From positions 118,422,001 to 118,486,000 of the forward strand of contig NC_045697.1 in the NCBI RefSeq assembly GCF_009834535.1: a stretch of DNA of 64,000 nt, in the 5' to 3' direction. This stretch comes from Camelus ferus. Its lineage: Eukaryota. The translations under genes were made by a program, and so were the position numbers. Shown piece after piece: positions 1-26,849 of the stretch; position 1 is the stretch's first letter, and each line of letters starts with the position of its first letter. The notes under the pieces are model-generated. The model saw only the letters and a program-made list of their open reading frames with translations, had not been told where the DNA came from and searched no databases.

Positions 1-831
1 CACCCCCACCGCCCAGAGGTGTGGCTCCTTTTGTGCCAACGGTCATCTACGTCTCACGCTTGCAGAGTATATCCAGGGAAAGTGACAGTGTATAAAAATG
101 ATGAGAATGCCGCCTGTGCATAACGTGGTCAACCTGGTAGTAAGAGCAGGGATGAAAACAGCGCACCGTAAAGAATTTGGGGGCCAAATGTGCGCATCTA
201 ATTTATTCCGCAGCTGAGTCCCCTTTCCCAGGGGGCCTTGTAGTTTTCCCAGTTTTCGACTGTGTCTCCCTGTTCGTATATCCATCTATTTTTATAATAT
301 TGTGGATCCTAAGTAAAATAAGGACACGGATGTCCTAGAAATCTCTCTGGCACATGTTAAGGTCTCAGCCCACGTGGACCTCTTTTCCTTGTAAACAGTA
401 TGAAAAGGGCACTGTCCGGAGTGAACGGGAGCAGATTTTATGCTCTGACGTAGAGTCATATTGGCAAACAAGGGACAGTTTTTCAGCTGTGTCATTCGTC
501 TGGCCAGGAGGACATGAGTGGAATTAGCGACAGCTGTCTTAGTCTTGCCCAGACTTGAGCCAGAACGAGTTGAGAACGGTTCTCCTTGGATTAACTCGTT
601 CGCATCCGCGTAGATCATGCGGCCTTCGGTACCATGCCTGCCTTTCATCACAGGACCAAAGCGATGACCGTCTGAGCGAAGGATCTTTACCATGACCTCC
701 GAAGGCTCCAACAGGAATACTTAACCCAACTAGAAGTGTGTCTCAGCAGTTCAGGCCGGAGCAAGTGTAAATGAGGTTCCCCGATGATGCACGTGGACTC
801 CCCCCAGATCCGGAGGTGAACTCCCCGCTTA

Positions 832-14002
<13,171 letters not shown>

Positions 14003-14078
14003 GGTGACAGCGCAGTCGGAGGAGCCCTGAGCTCTGACACTGTGACAGCACTGACCTTCCCAGATGTTCTCAGCTGCC

Positions 14079-14305
14079 TTTTATGCACCTGCAGACCCCG
14101 CCCCAGCCAATCAGCCTTCTGTGTCTCTTAGCCCATTTGCAAATGGTATAGAGGCTGAACTTCGGTAAACCTTAGAGCACATTTGTGTTTGGGACAGTCT
14201 GTTTGCTAAAAACGTGAGCCAAATCTGAATATTTGACTTGCCAAGTTCTGCTTTCAAATGCAAAGTAACAAACATTAACTAAATCAATAGAAAAAATGTT
14301 AACTA
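14079..14305 (-). promoter_or_regulatory. TDO2 proximal promoter
   Basis: TATA-like CATAAAA (minus, 14079-14085), GC box GGGGCGGGG (14096-14104), CCAAT (14107-14111), palindrome CCATTTGCAAATGG (14133-14146), FOXA-like TGTTTGC (~14200), HNF1/FOXA-like GTTAATGTTTG (minus, ~14269-14279), ONECUT/HNF6-like AAATCAATA (14281-14289). Motif matches only. Confidence 0.6.
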
Positions 14306-14904
14306 TTCTATTCCAAGAACACCTGTAGCAAAATGTTAGCATATATAAGAGGATGAGCTTGTAAAAAATAAATAATTATTCTCTCCATCTCAGATTTGGA
14401 TATTCTTATGACTCCAAAGGCAATCATTGAACTTGAATGTCTCTGCGGAAAGAAATTCATTATATGACAGGCAGGATTTGTGCTTAAACCCCATTTCCGT
14501 CCCATCCTCCCAGTTCTTCTGGCCTAAGTTTCATCTAATAATTAGCGGCAGTTAATTGTTGCATTGGAACTTCCACGGACATGAACAATTTACTGGCCCC
14601 CTGTGGCGTACTGCTCACAGGGCAGTGGGAGGCATCCTACTTTGTCTGCAGATAATTTGAAAGCAATAATAATATGCCCACAGTTCCAAACAATGTCAGT
14701 GCTAACATAGTCTTCCCAGAAAGCATTATTCATTGGTCTAAGTTCTAACCTGTTGCTTTGAGGACCAGGCGGCCAGGACAGAGGCGCCACCCCTCGTCCT
14801 GGGGTCCACCCTGTGATGCGTTAGGACCCACCGGGGAGACGGCACTTCTGCATACTTCACGCTCCAAAGTTGTTGAGCTGTGTCTAATTTACCGAAGTCA
14901 TTAG

Positions 14905-15080
14905 AAGTCAGAAGCTTCATTTCAAGTCTTGACTCTACCACTGGCTAGTTGTGGGATGTGGGAAATTAATTTAACTTCTATACAAATAGACTTCTCCATC
15001 AAAAGAAATGAACGTGTTCAAGATGGACTGTAATTTCGAAAATCTTGATCCAACCTACAATTCTGATTTTTATGATTCTA
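14905..15080 (+). mobile_element. MIR/MIR3-like SINE
   Basis: tcaagtcttgactctaccactggctagttgtg...ttctgatttttatgattcta tail. Confidence 0.55.
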
Positions 15081-15833
15081 CAATAAGTTGTAGTGTACAT
15101 GCAGTCTTGCAGCAGGAGAAACAACGTGCAAATGTCGCAAGAAGCCTAGGAAATCGTCTAAACCACATCCTAGATCCCTCATATTCCTTTTGGGTCTTTA
15201 TAGATCCCTCTGGCAGTTGCTTCTACCCAGGACAGGGGTTTGTCAGCAGGAGAAGCAGTGCCCTGGCCCAGAGCCTTAAGAAAGAGCAAATATTTAATAG
15301 CTTCTCTTTCTCCACTTGGTTATTCAATTGGGCATATGTGTTTACAAGAATAAAGCTAAATACTTTATTCTATTCTCATTAAGTCTTTCAAGTGAGAATT
15401 GTTCTTCACTTAATGGTCCACATACTAGTGGAAGAAATAAAGAAATGTTTTTTGACTGTGAATTAGAAAAATTAAATATTTTAAGAAGCAAAAAGATTTT
15501 CTTTCTTTTCTTTTTAATAGCATTCCACTTGGATCTCCTAAGTACTGTCAATTCCTTGGCTTGCCTGAGCAACACCGGAACTGATTACTCAAAGGTTTGA
15601 ATTCAGAGCATCAGGGAAATTATAAGTTAATGAGGAAAAATTTGGTTCCTTCAGCCAGGACAATAAGTAACAATCGCAACCCCTCAAACACATGTATTCC
15701 CATGAATTTTTGCGATAGAAAGTATTATGAAATGTATGACTGGTGATAGTCTGGTCAGTATCTTGCTGATGCTTACATGTTGCCTCTTGGGCACCAATTT
15801 GTCAATCGGATATTCCCCTCATATTGAAAATTT

Positions 15834-16030
15834 CTTCTTCATTATCAAATTTAAAATTTCTTTATTTTAAATTGAGTTACAGTCAGTTTACAATGTTGTG
15901 TCAATTTCTGGTGTACCGCACCATTCCTCAGTCATACATAAATATACATATATTTGTTTTCATATTCTTTTTCACCATGAGCTACTACAAGATCTTGAAT
16001 ATATTTCCCTGTGCTATACAGTAAAAACAG
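15834..16030 (-). mobile_element. L1 3'-end fragment with target-site duplication
   Basis: Reverse complement of the L1 tail; flanked by attgaaaattt at 15823-15833 and 16031-16041. Confidence 0.85.
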
Positions 16031-16649
16031 ATTGAAAATTTATTTAACCAATATAGTGTTTACTGCTCCCAATATATGTTAGCTACTAGGTATTTTATAT
16101 GGACCTTCTAGAAGTATACTTAAACTCAGAGAATCAAAGCTCAGGGTGAGAACCTCGGGCACTACAGAAGGTAAAAAGGGGAGAATGTATGGGTACATGC
16201 ATGGCTGGTGGTAATCCTGTAAAGTCATTATGTCTCTTTATGCACACAACTCTGCGTACACGCAGATTACAGAAGGAATACCCGGCAGGCAGAGCTGGTG
16301 GATGAGCGTGCTTAGAAGGCACAAATCATGCCCAATTCTGAAAGAAACCCTAGAAAACATCTAATCTGTTTTAGAAGTAAAGACACTGAAAACCTGGGAG
16401 ACACAATGACCTTTTTTTCCCCTCAAATGTGTCATAGAAGAGTATTAAAAGAACATCCAAAATAAATTAAGATTTTTTTCAAATAAAAACCTATGTTTCT
16501 AGCTCTTACTTTGTGATTTCTAAGACTAGGAGATAGAGAAGTGAACCCATGAGATAGAACAAGAAAAGAGAATTAGCAAGAAGTGGGGGTGGGCTCGATT
16601 TACAAAGCAACAGGAATTTACTTCGTTCTTTTAGCCATTGCAGTGTTGA

Positions 16650-17080
16650 TTTCTAACAGAAGCACCTGTAATCTGTTGTGGAACGTTCCATTCCCCCCTT
16701 CACATAACCCTCAAAGCTCGGAACTGCTGCAGTCCCCCACCCTACCCTGCAACCCAGTTGTTCTTACTCAACAGTGAAAGACTGTGGCAGACACAGAAAC
16801 ACGAACCCAAGAGGGGAGTTCTCATGGATAAATGGCCCAGCATCCTATTTTTCAGAAGATAATTCTGAAGGCACCCTGTACCCTTCTCGAAATCTCCAGG
16901 AGGAATCCCCAGTTGTCTACAGCATTGATCTCGACAACGAGTCCGATTTTGGCTTTTCCCCCTTCCCTTCCTGACTCACACTCACTACCTCCTCACTGTT
17001 TCCTCCTTATTTCCCAAATAAGTTCCCTCTGCTTAAACCCTTGTCTCAGGATCTGCTTTGGAGAAAGTCAAAATAATATA
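16650..17080 (+). mobile_element. ERVL-type LTR (LTR16-like), degraded
   Basis: 3' end cccaaataagttccctctgcttaaacccttgtctcaggatctgctttggagaaagtcaaaataatata resembles the LTR16 terminus; left boundary approximate. Confidence 0.55.
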
Positions 17081-17538
17081 TCGAGCTCTTGTTCACCATG
17101 AGATGTAAAACATTTAGGAGCTAAATAGTTACTTTTTTGTTTTTCAAAATATTCTTCCTTTCCAAGCAAAGGAAGTTCTCCAAACACAGCAGCCATTCAA
17201 TAATCCATTTTCCTTCATTTATTTGATGTGATGAGTTGCCATTTGTTGTATAAAGCAGTAATTTGTTGCTGTTTTGTTGTTGATGATGTTTTGCTTCACT
17301 CCCATAGATGGGAATAAACACCTTAGCTGGCATTTAAACTTGTCATACAACCAGGAGCTTTGCAAAGTCTTTTTGATAAGACTGGAACAGCCGTCAACAA
17401 GTAATGTTTGCTCAGTTGTAATTATCATGGCCGGACCCAAGAAAAGACGCTGACTTCAAGGGAAGGGGTACTCATGTTGCTAATTATGGATCAATTAAGG
17501 GTTTGTTTCTTTCCTCTGTGTGGGTTTAAGGTAACTAG

Positions 17539-18012
17539 TGTCTACCAAAAACAATGCACAAGGCTGTAATTGAGAAAAGAGTTTATTTGGGGTCTTAAGG
17601 ACTGCAATCTGGGAGACATAGGTTTGGGTAAAACTGAGAGTGTCCTGGGAAGGAGGAAGTATCAAGGGCTTATAAAACTAAAAAGCCTTGAAGTTGTTAA
17701 CGTTTCCTGGTGAGAAGGTGACTGACTCTGACTTGAGTCAGGAAATGCTTGTTCTTAAGGAATCACGAGTTGTTTCAGGGCAGGGACCAGATAAGAAGAC
17801 AGACCGTCACAAGGTATTTTAGGGTAAGTGTCTGATAATTATCTTGAGTTTCTGGCAGATGTTCTGGATGCCTTCCTTAGGACAATAAGTGGTCAAAAGG
17901 TCAGATCCCATCCAGGCTAATGTGCATAATTCACACTTCCTTGATGGCTTCCGGGCTCCGTTTTAGAGCTCTCTCTTAGCAATACCAGCTCCGTTTTGAT
18001 TTCCCCTCCATA
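17539..18012 (-). mobile_element. ERV1-class LTR (3' LTR of the adjacent internal segment)
   Basis: TG at 17539 (CA end on minus); minus-strand AATAAA at ~17582-17587 and TATAA at ~17670; purine tract AAAAGAAGGAAA on minus directly upstream (18013-18024). Confidence 0.65.
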
Positions 18013-21000
18013 TTTCCTTCTTTTGATCAAGGTCTTTCATTATAAAGCACTGATGATCAACCATTTGGTTATTTGTCATTGGTACCAACTCCCTTGGCAC
18101 TGGGAAGGCTCATTTCCAGAGAGTCATGTCCCACGGAGGAGGAAGGAGGTGGTTGTGCGAGAGGGACGCCTTCAGAGAGTTTATGCCCACAACTGAGCAG
18201 CAAGGAGCCACGTAGGAAGTGAGTCTCAGGTGGTGTTCAAAAGGCACAATGCTTCATCAGGGGGAATCTTACAGGAGCGGTTAGCCACCTCCAGACCCCA
18301 AACTACCATTACTCCTGTGGAGGGCATCATGATACAACAGCAAAAGATACAAAGCACAAACAGTTTAAAAACAACAAAGAGACAATAAAATAGAACAATG
18401 ATTAGTATAACTAGTTGTAATTGAGCACAATTAGGTACCAAGAGGGGAGCTGGATGAAGATTTCTAGATGTCAGGGTCAAAGCATCTCTTGCAATGTCTC
18501 TGATGATATCATTGGGTGTTTAGGTAAACTTTCTGAGGGGCTCAGACAACAAGAGGCAGGAAGGTTGTCTGTACATGAGATGTTATGGTGATTTCTCTGA
18601 AGTTTATATCACATTGCCCAATTTTAGTTTGCATGGCTTTGGGAAAATGGCAGTTTTAGTTCTTAGGGATTCCAAGTTTACAAAAAAACAGAGAGAAACT
18701 TAAAATGTTACTTTGATGTGGTATATTTATACAATAGAATACTATTCAGCCATAAAACAACAACAACATGCCATTTGCAGCAACATGGATGTCCCTGGAG
18801 AGTGTCATTCTAAGTGAAGTAAGCCAGAAAGAGAAAGAAAAATACCATACAAGATCGCTCATATGCGGAATCTAAAAAAAAAAAAAAAAAAAAGAACATA
18901 AATACAAAACAAAAGCAGACTCATAGACATGGAATACAAACTTGTGGTTGCCAAGGGGGCAGGCATTGGGAAGGGACAGCAGAATAGATAAACAAGATTA
19001 TACTGTATAGCACAGGAAAATATATACAAGATCTGGTGGTGGCTCACAGCAAAAACAAAATGTGACAATGAATATATGTATGTTCATGTATAACTGAAAA
19101 ATTGTGCTCTACACTGAAATTTGACACATTGTAAAATGACTATAACTCAATTAAAAAAATGTAAAAAAAAAAAAAGGTTGGTTTGGAGAATTATAGCCAG
19201 ATATTGGAGGAAACTAGAAGAATCAGGATCTAGTCCAGTTTACAGGTGAGCAACAAAACCTCAAAGACAATTAAGAATAATAGCAAGTAATACTCACAAA
19301 GGTATATTACTGAAACATACTTTTTCTCTCTCAAATCATCCTCATTTCTACGAAATATTAAGGCTAATTTTTTTTGCAAAGTAAGTCTGGCTTAGAAAAG
19401 CTTGGCCTGATTATTTACGTATGTATAACAACAATAATGATTGACCATATAGGCTTTTTAAAATCTGCTTTGCTGGAACTTTTCATAAGGAATCTCAGAT
19501 TGAAATTTTAGAGCCCTCTCAGGGCTGGGAAGACAACTCAAGTTCTTTCCATCAGACTTCACCTGTAATGCCTACAGATCTGGGTGATCTCTTTTCTTGA
19601 GGTCCCCAAAATATCTTGAGTTTTCTGCACCTGCTAGGAAGTTACCTTTCTTACTTAGTTAGGCTGCTAGGAAAGTAGCAGGTGGATATTTCCAAGAGTC
19701 TCTACTGGCTCCATAAAGTCGATCTTAGTTCCTTAAAGCTGTCTGGTCATATCTGAGTCTATGCGTGTCTCTTTCAATATGACACTGCAGTCAAAGCCTC
19801 GCTAATATAATATTTCTAGTTGGAGAACAGATTTTTATTGAACTTATGCAAATAGCTATATTGCCATGAAAATAAGAATGATCACTAAGAGTTTCTGAAT
19901 TCTGAAGGGATCAGGTAGGGAGAAAAAGATAAACGTGTCATCTTTGTTTACAAAGGTATACTTTATCAAATTGCTGCAAGTCACAGAAAGCTTGAGGGAT
20001 TTCCTTAAATCTGGAAAAGCAAAACACAAATGGACTGGCAAGGTTTACAATGAAAATTCATAAATATTATAATCATCCTCATCAGTCCATTCAGTCCTAT
20101 GGAATTCATTCTTGATCTTTAGCTTTTGTTAGCAGTTATATTAAGCCATCTGTTTCTTCGTTAGAGTTCTGTAGATTCTTACCCAGTTCAATGGTATGAT
20201 CTGAAAGTGTATCAGAAAACTGTACTCTAAAGTAAGTACCAGAGTCCTTTCCATGAATCTCTTTGAAGATGAAACATATTTGTAAAAGAATCAGCGTAAA
20301 CCCAAAACTGACTATAAGTGACAAAAGACTTAAAATAACATCGTTAAAGAGCTGAGTACAATGCAATTGACAAAGGAAACTGGGCTATTATTTCTGTGAT
20401 ATACAACATTTGGAGATAATAAATAGAATGAAGACTGATAACAGTTTTACCAGAACATACCAGATTTCTAGGAATTTCACAATTTCTGAAACACGTGTAC
20501 ACCTAGAGAAGGCGTAGTACTACTTCTTATTTGATCATTATGCCCATGTAATTTAAGGTAGCAAATAAACCTAGATAACGTCTCCTTTTCATAAGTAGAG
20601 AGCAAATCTTTGAGATATTTCAGAGGCCCTCTGAAACATATCTCAAAGTTAGTTCTGAGTCAAAGACAGTAGAATTTGATTTGGGGACGTTTGTCAAAAA
20701 TATCAAAAATGTTTAAAACACTTGGTAAAATAAGATCATAGGTCACTGTGAAGCATTGCTTACCTATCCGTTTAACCAACAGAACAATTAAGACTTCCTA
20801 GGCAAATATAGAAGCTTTCTTAGTTGTAAAAACCTTTGTTTTTCTAGACAGATTGCATTAAAGGTAAAGAAAACCTTTGTTTACAATTTCGCATTAAGAC
20901 CAGACCAATTATCTAAGAAAACTTTCTTTTCACAGAGAAAAACAAATTTTAATTTTGCACCAGATTACTCTTGATATTAAAATTCATTTACTAACTTAAA

Positions 21001-21470
21001 ATTATTCCAATTTTATCCAGATTGGCCAACATAAAATTCCTTTCTAAAGATTCCTTTTTCCCCAAACATTTTACAACTTTCTACGTCCATTTTATTTGTC
21101 CCTTGTTTTCTTGCTTATTTAGAAATAATCAGTTTTAGGTCAAAATCACTTTATTTCCCTTAATAAACTGCATTTCCATTCTTTATAACTTTTTAAAAAA
21201 ACTTCTTTGCATAAAAAGATGTTTTATTTTTTAATTTTAGGAGTTTTAATTACATATGTTAATTAGAATTCTTAATACTTTGAAATCCTACTTTTTAGTA
21301 GAAATAAAGAAGTAAACAATTGTGAATTGTATTGTTACGTGACTTGGTGAACTTATAAAACATTTTATAATTTTTAGAAATATATGTTACTTTATAGTAC
21401 AACCTTTTAATAAGACATAAAATATACATATTTACTCATATACCCAATATTTTTAGTCTCTCTGTGCTAA
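18013..21470 (-). mobile_element. ERV1 (MER4-group-like) non-autonomous internal sequence, interrupted by an L1
   Basis: Contiguous with the LTR via a polypurine tract; env-tail-like hydrophobic stretch at 18226-18480; AT-rich MER4-int-like text; right boundary approximate. Confidence 0.55.
18716..19175 (+). mobile_element. L1 3' end nested in the ERV internal region
   Basis: gtggtatatttatacaatagaatactattcagcc...gtgaagtaagccagaaagagaaag...poly(A). Confidence 0.85.
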
Positions 21471-23350
21471 GAGGTCAGAGTAACCCATTTTGTAGGTAAA
21501 GAGCTGTCAAGGCTCACACAGCAGAAGTATCAGGAAGGAGCCAGGGACCAGGGGAAATTTTTTAACCCAGGTCCACAGAATGCAGTATTTGTGGAGAAAT
21601 GATTACAGGTAAGTTCATATTTTCTCCTTTACTTTTCTTATTTATTAACAAGCATGAACTTTATAGAAATATTTTCATTGATATTTTAAATGTAAGTTGT
21701 AGCAATTTCAAACACAAGGTTATAAAAGTTACTTTTGCCCACTATCGGTGGTGTAACTTGTCATGAAACTCCAATAAATGTTTTAATATGCACTCCTGCC
21801 CTAGGTCAAACACGATATATTGTCATTTTAAATGTCCCCAAATCACGGGTTTCGTTATATAACTTAGTAGAATTTTTTTATTAATATGGTATTTATAAGT
21901 GAGAAATTGTTAAATATCATCTATATAGTATGAATTGTATAAAAACATACTGTATATAATTTTTATGTGTTACATAACTTTTAAAGCACCTTCATAATCA
22001 ATCATCTAAAATCAATGATAAAAAGGTTAGAAATGTAATAGTCTGAATCATACGAAATTATTGCTTTGTAAGTCAGAATGGTTGAATATCAGCAATTTCA
22101 TATGGTTCATCTTACTACTGTTACTGTAATACTTAATAGTAATAAAATATTATTAAAGGCAGCTTGTGAGTGAGGAAAATTTGCAAAATGCTCAAATAGA
22201 TAATAAGTCTGTTCTGTTCTTTAAAAAGGAAGAGGGAAGCAAATTCTGATGCTTCCAGGATAAACTTATATCTTTAAACATTCAACAAAATCTGCATAAT
22301 AATTTATTTGCAGAGAACCCAAGATTCCACACCTTGAACAACAGTTTATGTAATTTTCAGTTATCATTTCCATCACTTCCAGCCCAAGTATCGCTTAATA
22401 AATCTGAACCATGGTGGCGAAATTCTGGAATCTCCCAAACTCTCGGTGCTTGGTGTGATCTCCCGGCCTCTCCTCACTGACGTCTTCCTGGTTCTTCAAA
22501 TTAGCACTTCTGGCTTCTTTCCATCCTTCCGGAGTAACCCCAGGTGGAGTGCTGTCTTCCTTCTCCCCAGTGAGTCAACAAGACTTTGTATTCAAACTCC
22601 TAGGCTCATTGCGTTTGCTTGTTACCCCTGGGTTTTCTGCCTGACACACTCACTAGGCTGTATTTCCTGCAGGCAAGTACTGTGGTCCACCTCCTGGAAT
22701 CTTCTGTACCCAGCACCCCCCAGGGAAACAAGGACGCAACAGATGTTTCGGCAAAAGCCAGCCTCCTCTTCCCACAATGCTTTGTTCAGCAGAGTCAAAG
22801 ACAAAGTTTAAAACTTAAGTATTTGGCAGAGAAGGAGCCTATTGGTAGCTTAGAAACGTGGGGATGAACAGGGATAACCTATGAAGAAAGTCAATGAGCT
22901 TTGTTTTAAAATTCTGAAGCCCAGGCCCTGTGGATTGTCCATTTATAGCTCATACTTGCACACAGGCAGGTCATGAAGTCAACAACTGGGCACCGTCTCA
23001 ATAAAAGTTGTTCAGGTGCAATTGAGTGTCTTCTGTGCATTTTGAATGCTGCTGTGTCCGAGATTGAATTGCTCATTCTCAAATAACTGACGAGTATTTG
23101 GGAAATGATTTGCACACATGGAGGGAGAAAATTCCATAAGGGGAAAAAGAGCATAAGTATGTGACGTTTGTGACGCCTTCTCTGAGCCAGACACTGCTGG
23201 GGCTGTCTCATGCATGTCAGTCCCCTGAGAACCGGGGATGCGTATGCGGGCCGCTGACAGAGCCAAACTTAAACCAAAGACTCTCACTGTTTCCCTTTTC
23301 TCCTGCACCAGCTGCCTTGGAACTCCCAGCCCTTAGACTTTAACAACGTT

Positions 23351-23770
23351 CTGTGAGATAGGAGAAAATATATGCTGGTCTCTGCCCAGAGCTCTCGACA
23401 TCCTTGTAATTCTTAAATGACAAGAGTACTAGGTAAAATGGATTAACAACAAGGACCCACTGTACGACCCAGGGAACTAGATTCAATACCTTGTAGTAAC
23501 TTATAACGAAAAAGAATATGGAAGTGAATCTAGGTGTGTATATGTCTGACTGGTACATGATGCTGTGCACCAGAAATTGATGCCACATTGGAAACTGACT
23601 GTACTTCAATAAAGAAAAATGAAAACAAAAACAAACAAACAAACAAAAAATCAAAAAAAAAAAAAAGAGTACTCAGAGCAGCTTTTGTTCTAATATCTGG
23701 TGTTTGACCCCAGCTCCTGACACAGCCCCTGAAACCCTGTAATTTGCTGGATGACTGGAGTGTCTTTTTA
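23351..23770 (+). mobile_element. MER21-like LTR fragment, interrupted by an L1
   Basis: tgtgagatagg...ggtctctgccc...cttttgttctaatatctggtgtttgacccc...tcctgacacag resembles the MER21 5' end. Confidence 0.55.
23431..23664 (+). mobile_element. L1 3'-end fragment with 9-bp TSD
   Basis: L1 tail plus poly(A); flanked by aagagtact at 23422-23430 and 23665-23673. Confidence 0.88.
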
Positions 23771-25700
23771 AAAAGCCACAGAAATATATCAAAGGATTAG
23801 TATGAAATAGAACTGATTTGGGGAATCGGGTACTGAAAATCCAAAATACTGCTTTCCTCTCATCAGAGTCTTGACATCTCACCTGGGAAATCTTTGGTGG
23901 AAGAGTTTTTCTGTGTCAAACGTGTAAAACAAAGGAAATAAAGGGAGGAGACGTGCTGTGATTACACAGCATTCCAGGACGGGTGATGGGGCAGCGGGGT
24001 TTTCATCCAGAGGCAGGAGGACCATGTGGGTCAGGGGTCTTCGCTGGAGGAGTGGGAGTCTCTCATGTTCGTGGAAGGAAAATCTGAGTTCATCGTTTCC
24101 TTTGCAGCAGCGAGTAAAACACCCAGCTTCGCAGGAAGTCATCACATGGTGCAAAATGACAAGGACCATCTCTGAACGCAGTCCTTTGTTCTCAAGGCTG
24201 ACTGACATCCTCCCTTTATCGTGATGTCTTCTCGCAGCGCTGTCAGCCCACAGGGAACTGATTCCCTGTGACTTCGGACCCTCTGTTACTTACAAGATTC
24301 CTCTGACAGGTGTTTGCTTTCTCTCTGCGTCAGAGAGCAGATTTCACATCCTCCAAGGAGCAGGTACTTACTTACTCATCCTACTCAAGAGAGACCCTAT
24401 GAGTTCTATGAATTTGGTTTAATGATATTATTACAGGATGGATTTGATCACTAAAAAAATAGGTTTTCTTAATGACCCTAAAAAGCAAGCAAACAAACAT
24501 ACAAACAAAAAGACTGAAGACTGTATACGACTTTGAAAATTGAAGACATCTTTCTATCCAACAATTAGGAGCATATGCTTGTAATTATAATTATTGTCAA
24601 TCTTACAGCAAAAAAAAAAAAAAACCTTGTACAAGTGATTCCTAATTGACAACATGGGCTAATCCATAACGGTAATTGTTAACGTGCATTGAGTTCACCC
24701 TGCAGCGGACGCGTTACTTAGTTTAATTCGTGGACGACTTTATGAAACACCATTGCACTGACTGTGGGGAAGGAGAAGCCGAACCTTAGCGACCTCTCCT
24801 GGCTACGCGCCCAGTTAGTGGTTGAGCGGGTCCATTGCCAGCACCATGCTGTTTCTACTCTGTCACCCTGCCTTCCATTAATAAACTAACTTTGGCTCCT
24901 GTGAGAGATTATTATCTCGATATTTGTTCAAACTGGTGGACAGAGTGTAACCAACCTGATGAATTGTAATCATCAGTTCTGTAAAAACAGACCGAAAAAG
25001 AACAGCAATTATAAGCTTTTGGTTAAGTTGAATTATATCTGATTTGAGGGAGCGAACACCTTATACCAACGGAGTCCCTCTGTGTCAGCCGCCTGCGTTG
25101 GTGTCTGGGCTGAGAAATGTGTTTGTCCTGGTGGAGGCTGGTTTCAGCTTCGTGTTCAGTGAGCGCTCAGGACAATGTCCTCGGGGAGGAAAACGTGTCC
25201 CTCAACCCTCTGAGGGTCCCTGGCTGGGTCTGAAAATGAAACTGACAAAGACCAAGAGGAGAAAAGTGCGCAGATGTTGCTGGATTTGTACATGTACATG
25301 GGAGACTTCATTAGAGAATGAAGCCTTGAAGTAACCAGAGCAGGCAGCTCTTACATTTTTTAGACCAAGAAACAAGTAGTGTGTGAAGAATTGACAAGAC
25401 CGAGGGGTTGGCGGTGGTAATGTGAAGCAGTAACTGGGAAGGTAAGGGTGAGAGGAATCAGGTTCGTTTGCAGACTCCTCTGGTGACTTCTCTGGGCTGA
25501 TAAGGATCTGAATACAGGAAAAGGAGAATTTGTTTCCTGCCTCAAGACAGAAAATGGGGAGCTTTTTCTACATTTATGTAATTTTTTTTTTTATCAAAGC
25601 AGCATATTTGAGGTGATATACATCTGGACTTTCCTTCATTATTGACTATTTGATCACCTTGGTTGTCCAAATTTGCTTATCACCTAACTCAACATTTAAC

Positions 25701-25704
<4 letters not shown>

Positions 25705-25738
<34 letters not shown>
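25705..25738. repeat. (CA)17 microsatellite
   Basis: Read directly. Confidence 0.95.
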
Positions 25739-25741
<3 letters not shown>

Positions 25742-26554
25742 CAATCTCGTTCACTTAGCGATTCTTTTGAAAATCCAATGTTTTCTTCAGGACAGAGGTT
25801 CTATCAAATTAAAAGACCTCCAGGAAAGAATAGGTCTCTGCCTTTTTCTTTATTCAAACAAGAACGTCATGTTGTAACACAGTATCAGCACAAGCAGGCA
25901 CCAAGCCAAGAATGAAAGTTACCAGGGCTCCACTTCCCAGAAAGAACCAGTCACTGGGTCTTACGTGCCCTCGGTTTTCCCATGTCTAGAAATCAGTTGT
26001 CTTTAATATTGTAAATTTAGGCAAATCTTTCTTTACTTCCACTGAAAAATGTAAATACGTGTATATTTGTCAATTTCTATTACGCGGTATTTTCCCCCCA
26101 GCAAAGACACATCCCTTCCGAAGAGCTGCAAGCAAACCGGTAAGTCTCACTGGACTGGTCGGTTTCACGCTGCTGAAAACCTCCCCCAGGATACGCACCC
26201 CCAAAGGAGTCCCCTCCAACGTGCCGCTTTCTCCCCCGAGCCCTGTACCACGGGGAGCGAGGGACAGTCCACTCACTTCTTATTCCTGTTTTCAGACCCT
26301 TCTTCCTTTCTTCCTAAAGGCCTCCTTTCTCCTCAAGGGGTCTTTGCTCAGAATCCTCCTCCACCCTCTCCTGTTTCTCAGTGACTTCACCTACCTGACT
26401 ACTGTCATTCTCGTCAAAAGCCCTCCTCTGTGTGCCCTCAAAATGTTCTGTGGATCCCACCAGCAGCCTGGCGGTCCAGTTCCCCAGCCTCTCCTTCCTG
26501 TCTCACGATCTGGAACCCACTCCCGCAGTCAGCCTCTCCTGCAGTCGTCACTAC

Positions 26555-26830
26555 GCCGGCACCACCAACACAGTCGCTGTTAGACACTTGTGGCTACTGG
26601 ACACGTGAAATGTGTTTGGTCCAAACGGAGATGTGAGTGTGAAACATACACCAAATTTGGTAGAAAAATGGAAAAATGTCTCCTTAATACTTCTTACGTT
26701 GATTACCAGTCCAAATAACTCTTTGAACTATTTTGTTTCATAAGATCGATTATTAAAATTAATTTCACCTCTTTCTCCTTTTTTACATCTACAAAAGAAC
26801 TTAAAATGACAACTGTGTCGCATACTTTAG
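26555..26830. mobile_element. hAT-Charlie DNA transposon relic (MER33-like)
   Basis: gtggctactggacacgtgaaatgtg...gagatgtg...tattaaaattaatttcacct matches the recalled MER33/MER3 pattern. Confidence 0.65.
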
Positions 26831-26849
26831 GTAGTTAGATGAGTGGGGC

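Noticed and set aside
15094..15108. Glucocorticoid response element upstream of TDO2 (TGTACAtgcAGTCTT)
   Set aside because: The second half-site deviates at key positions. Rodent Tdo2 is glucocorticoid-induced, but this match is too weak to call.
26059..26583. 174-aa Pro/Leu/Ser-rich ORF
   Set aside because: Non-ATG start, pyrimidine-rich low complexity, runs into a MER33-like element, and has no splice or homology support.
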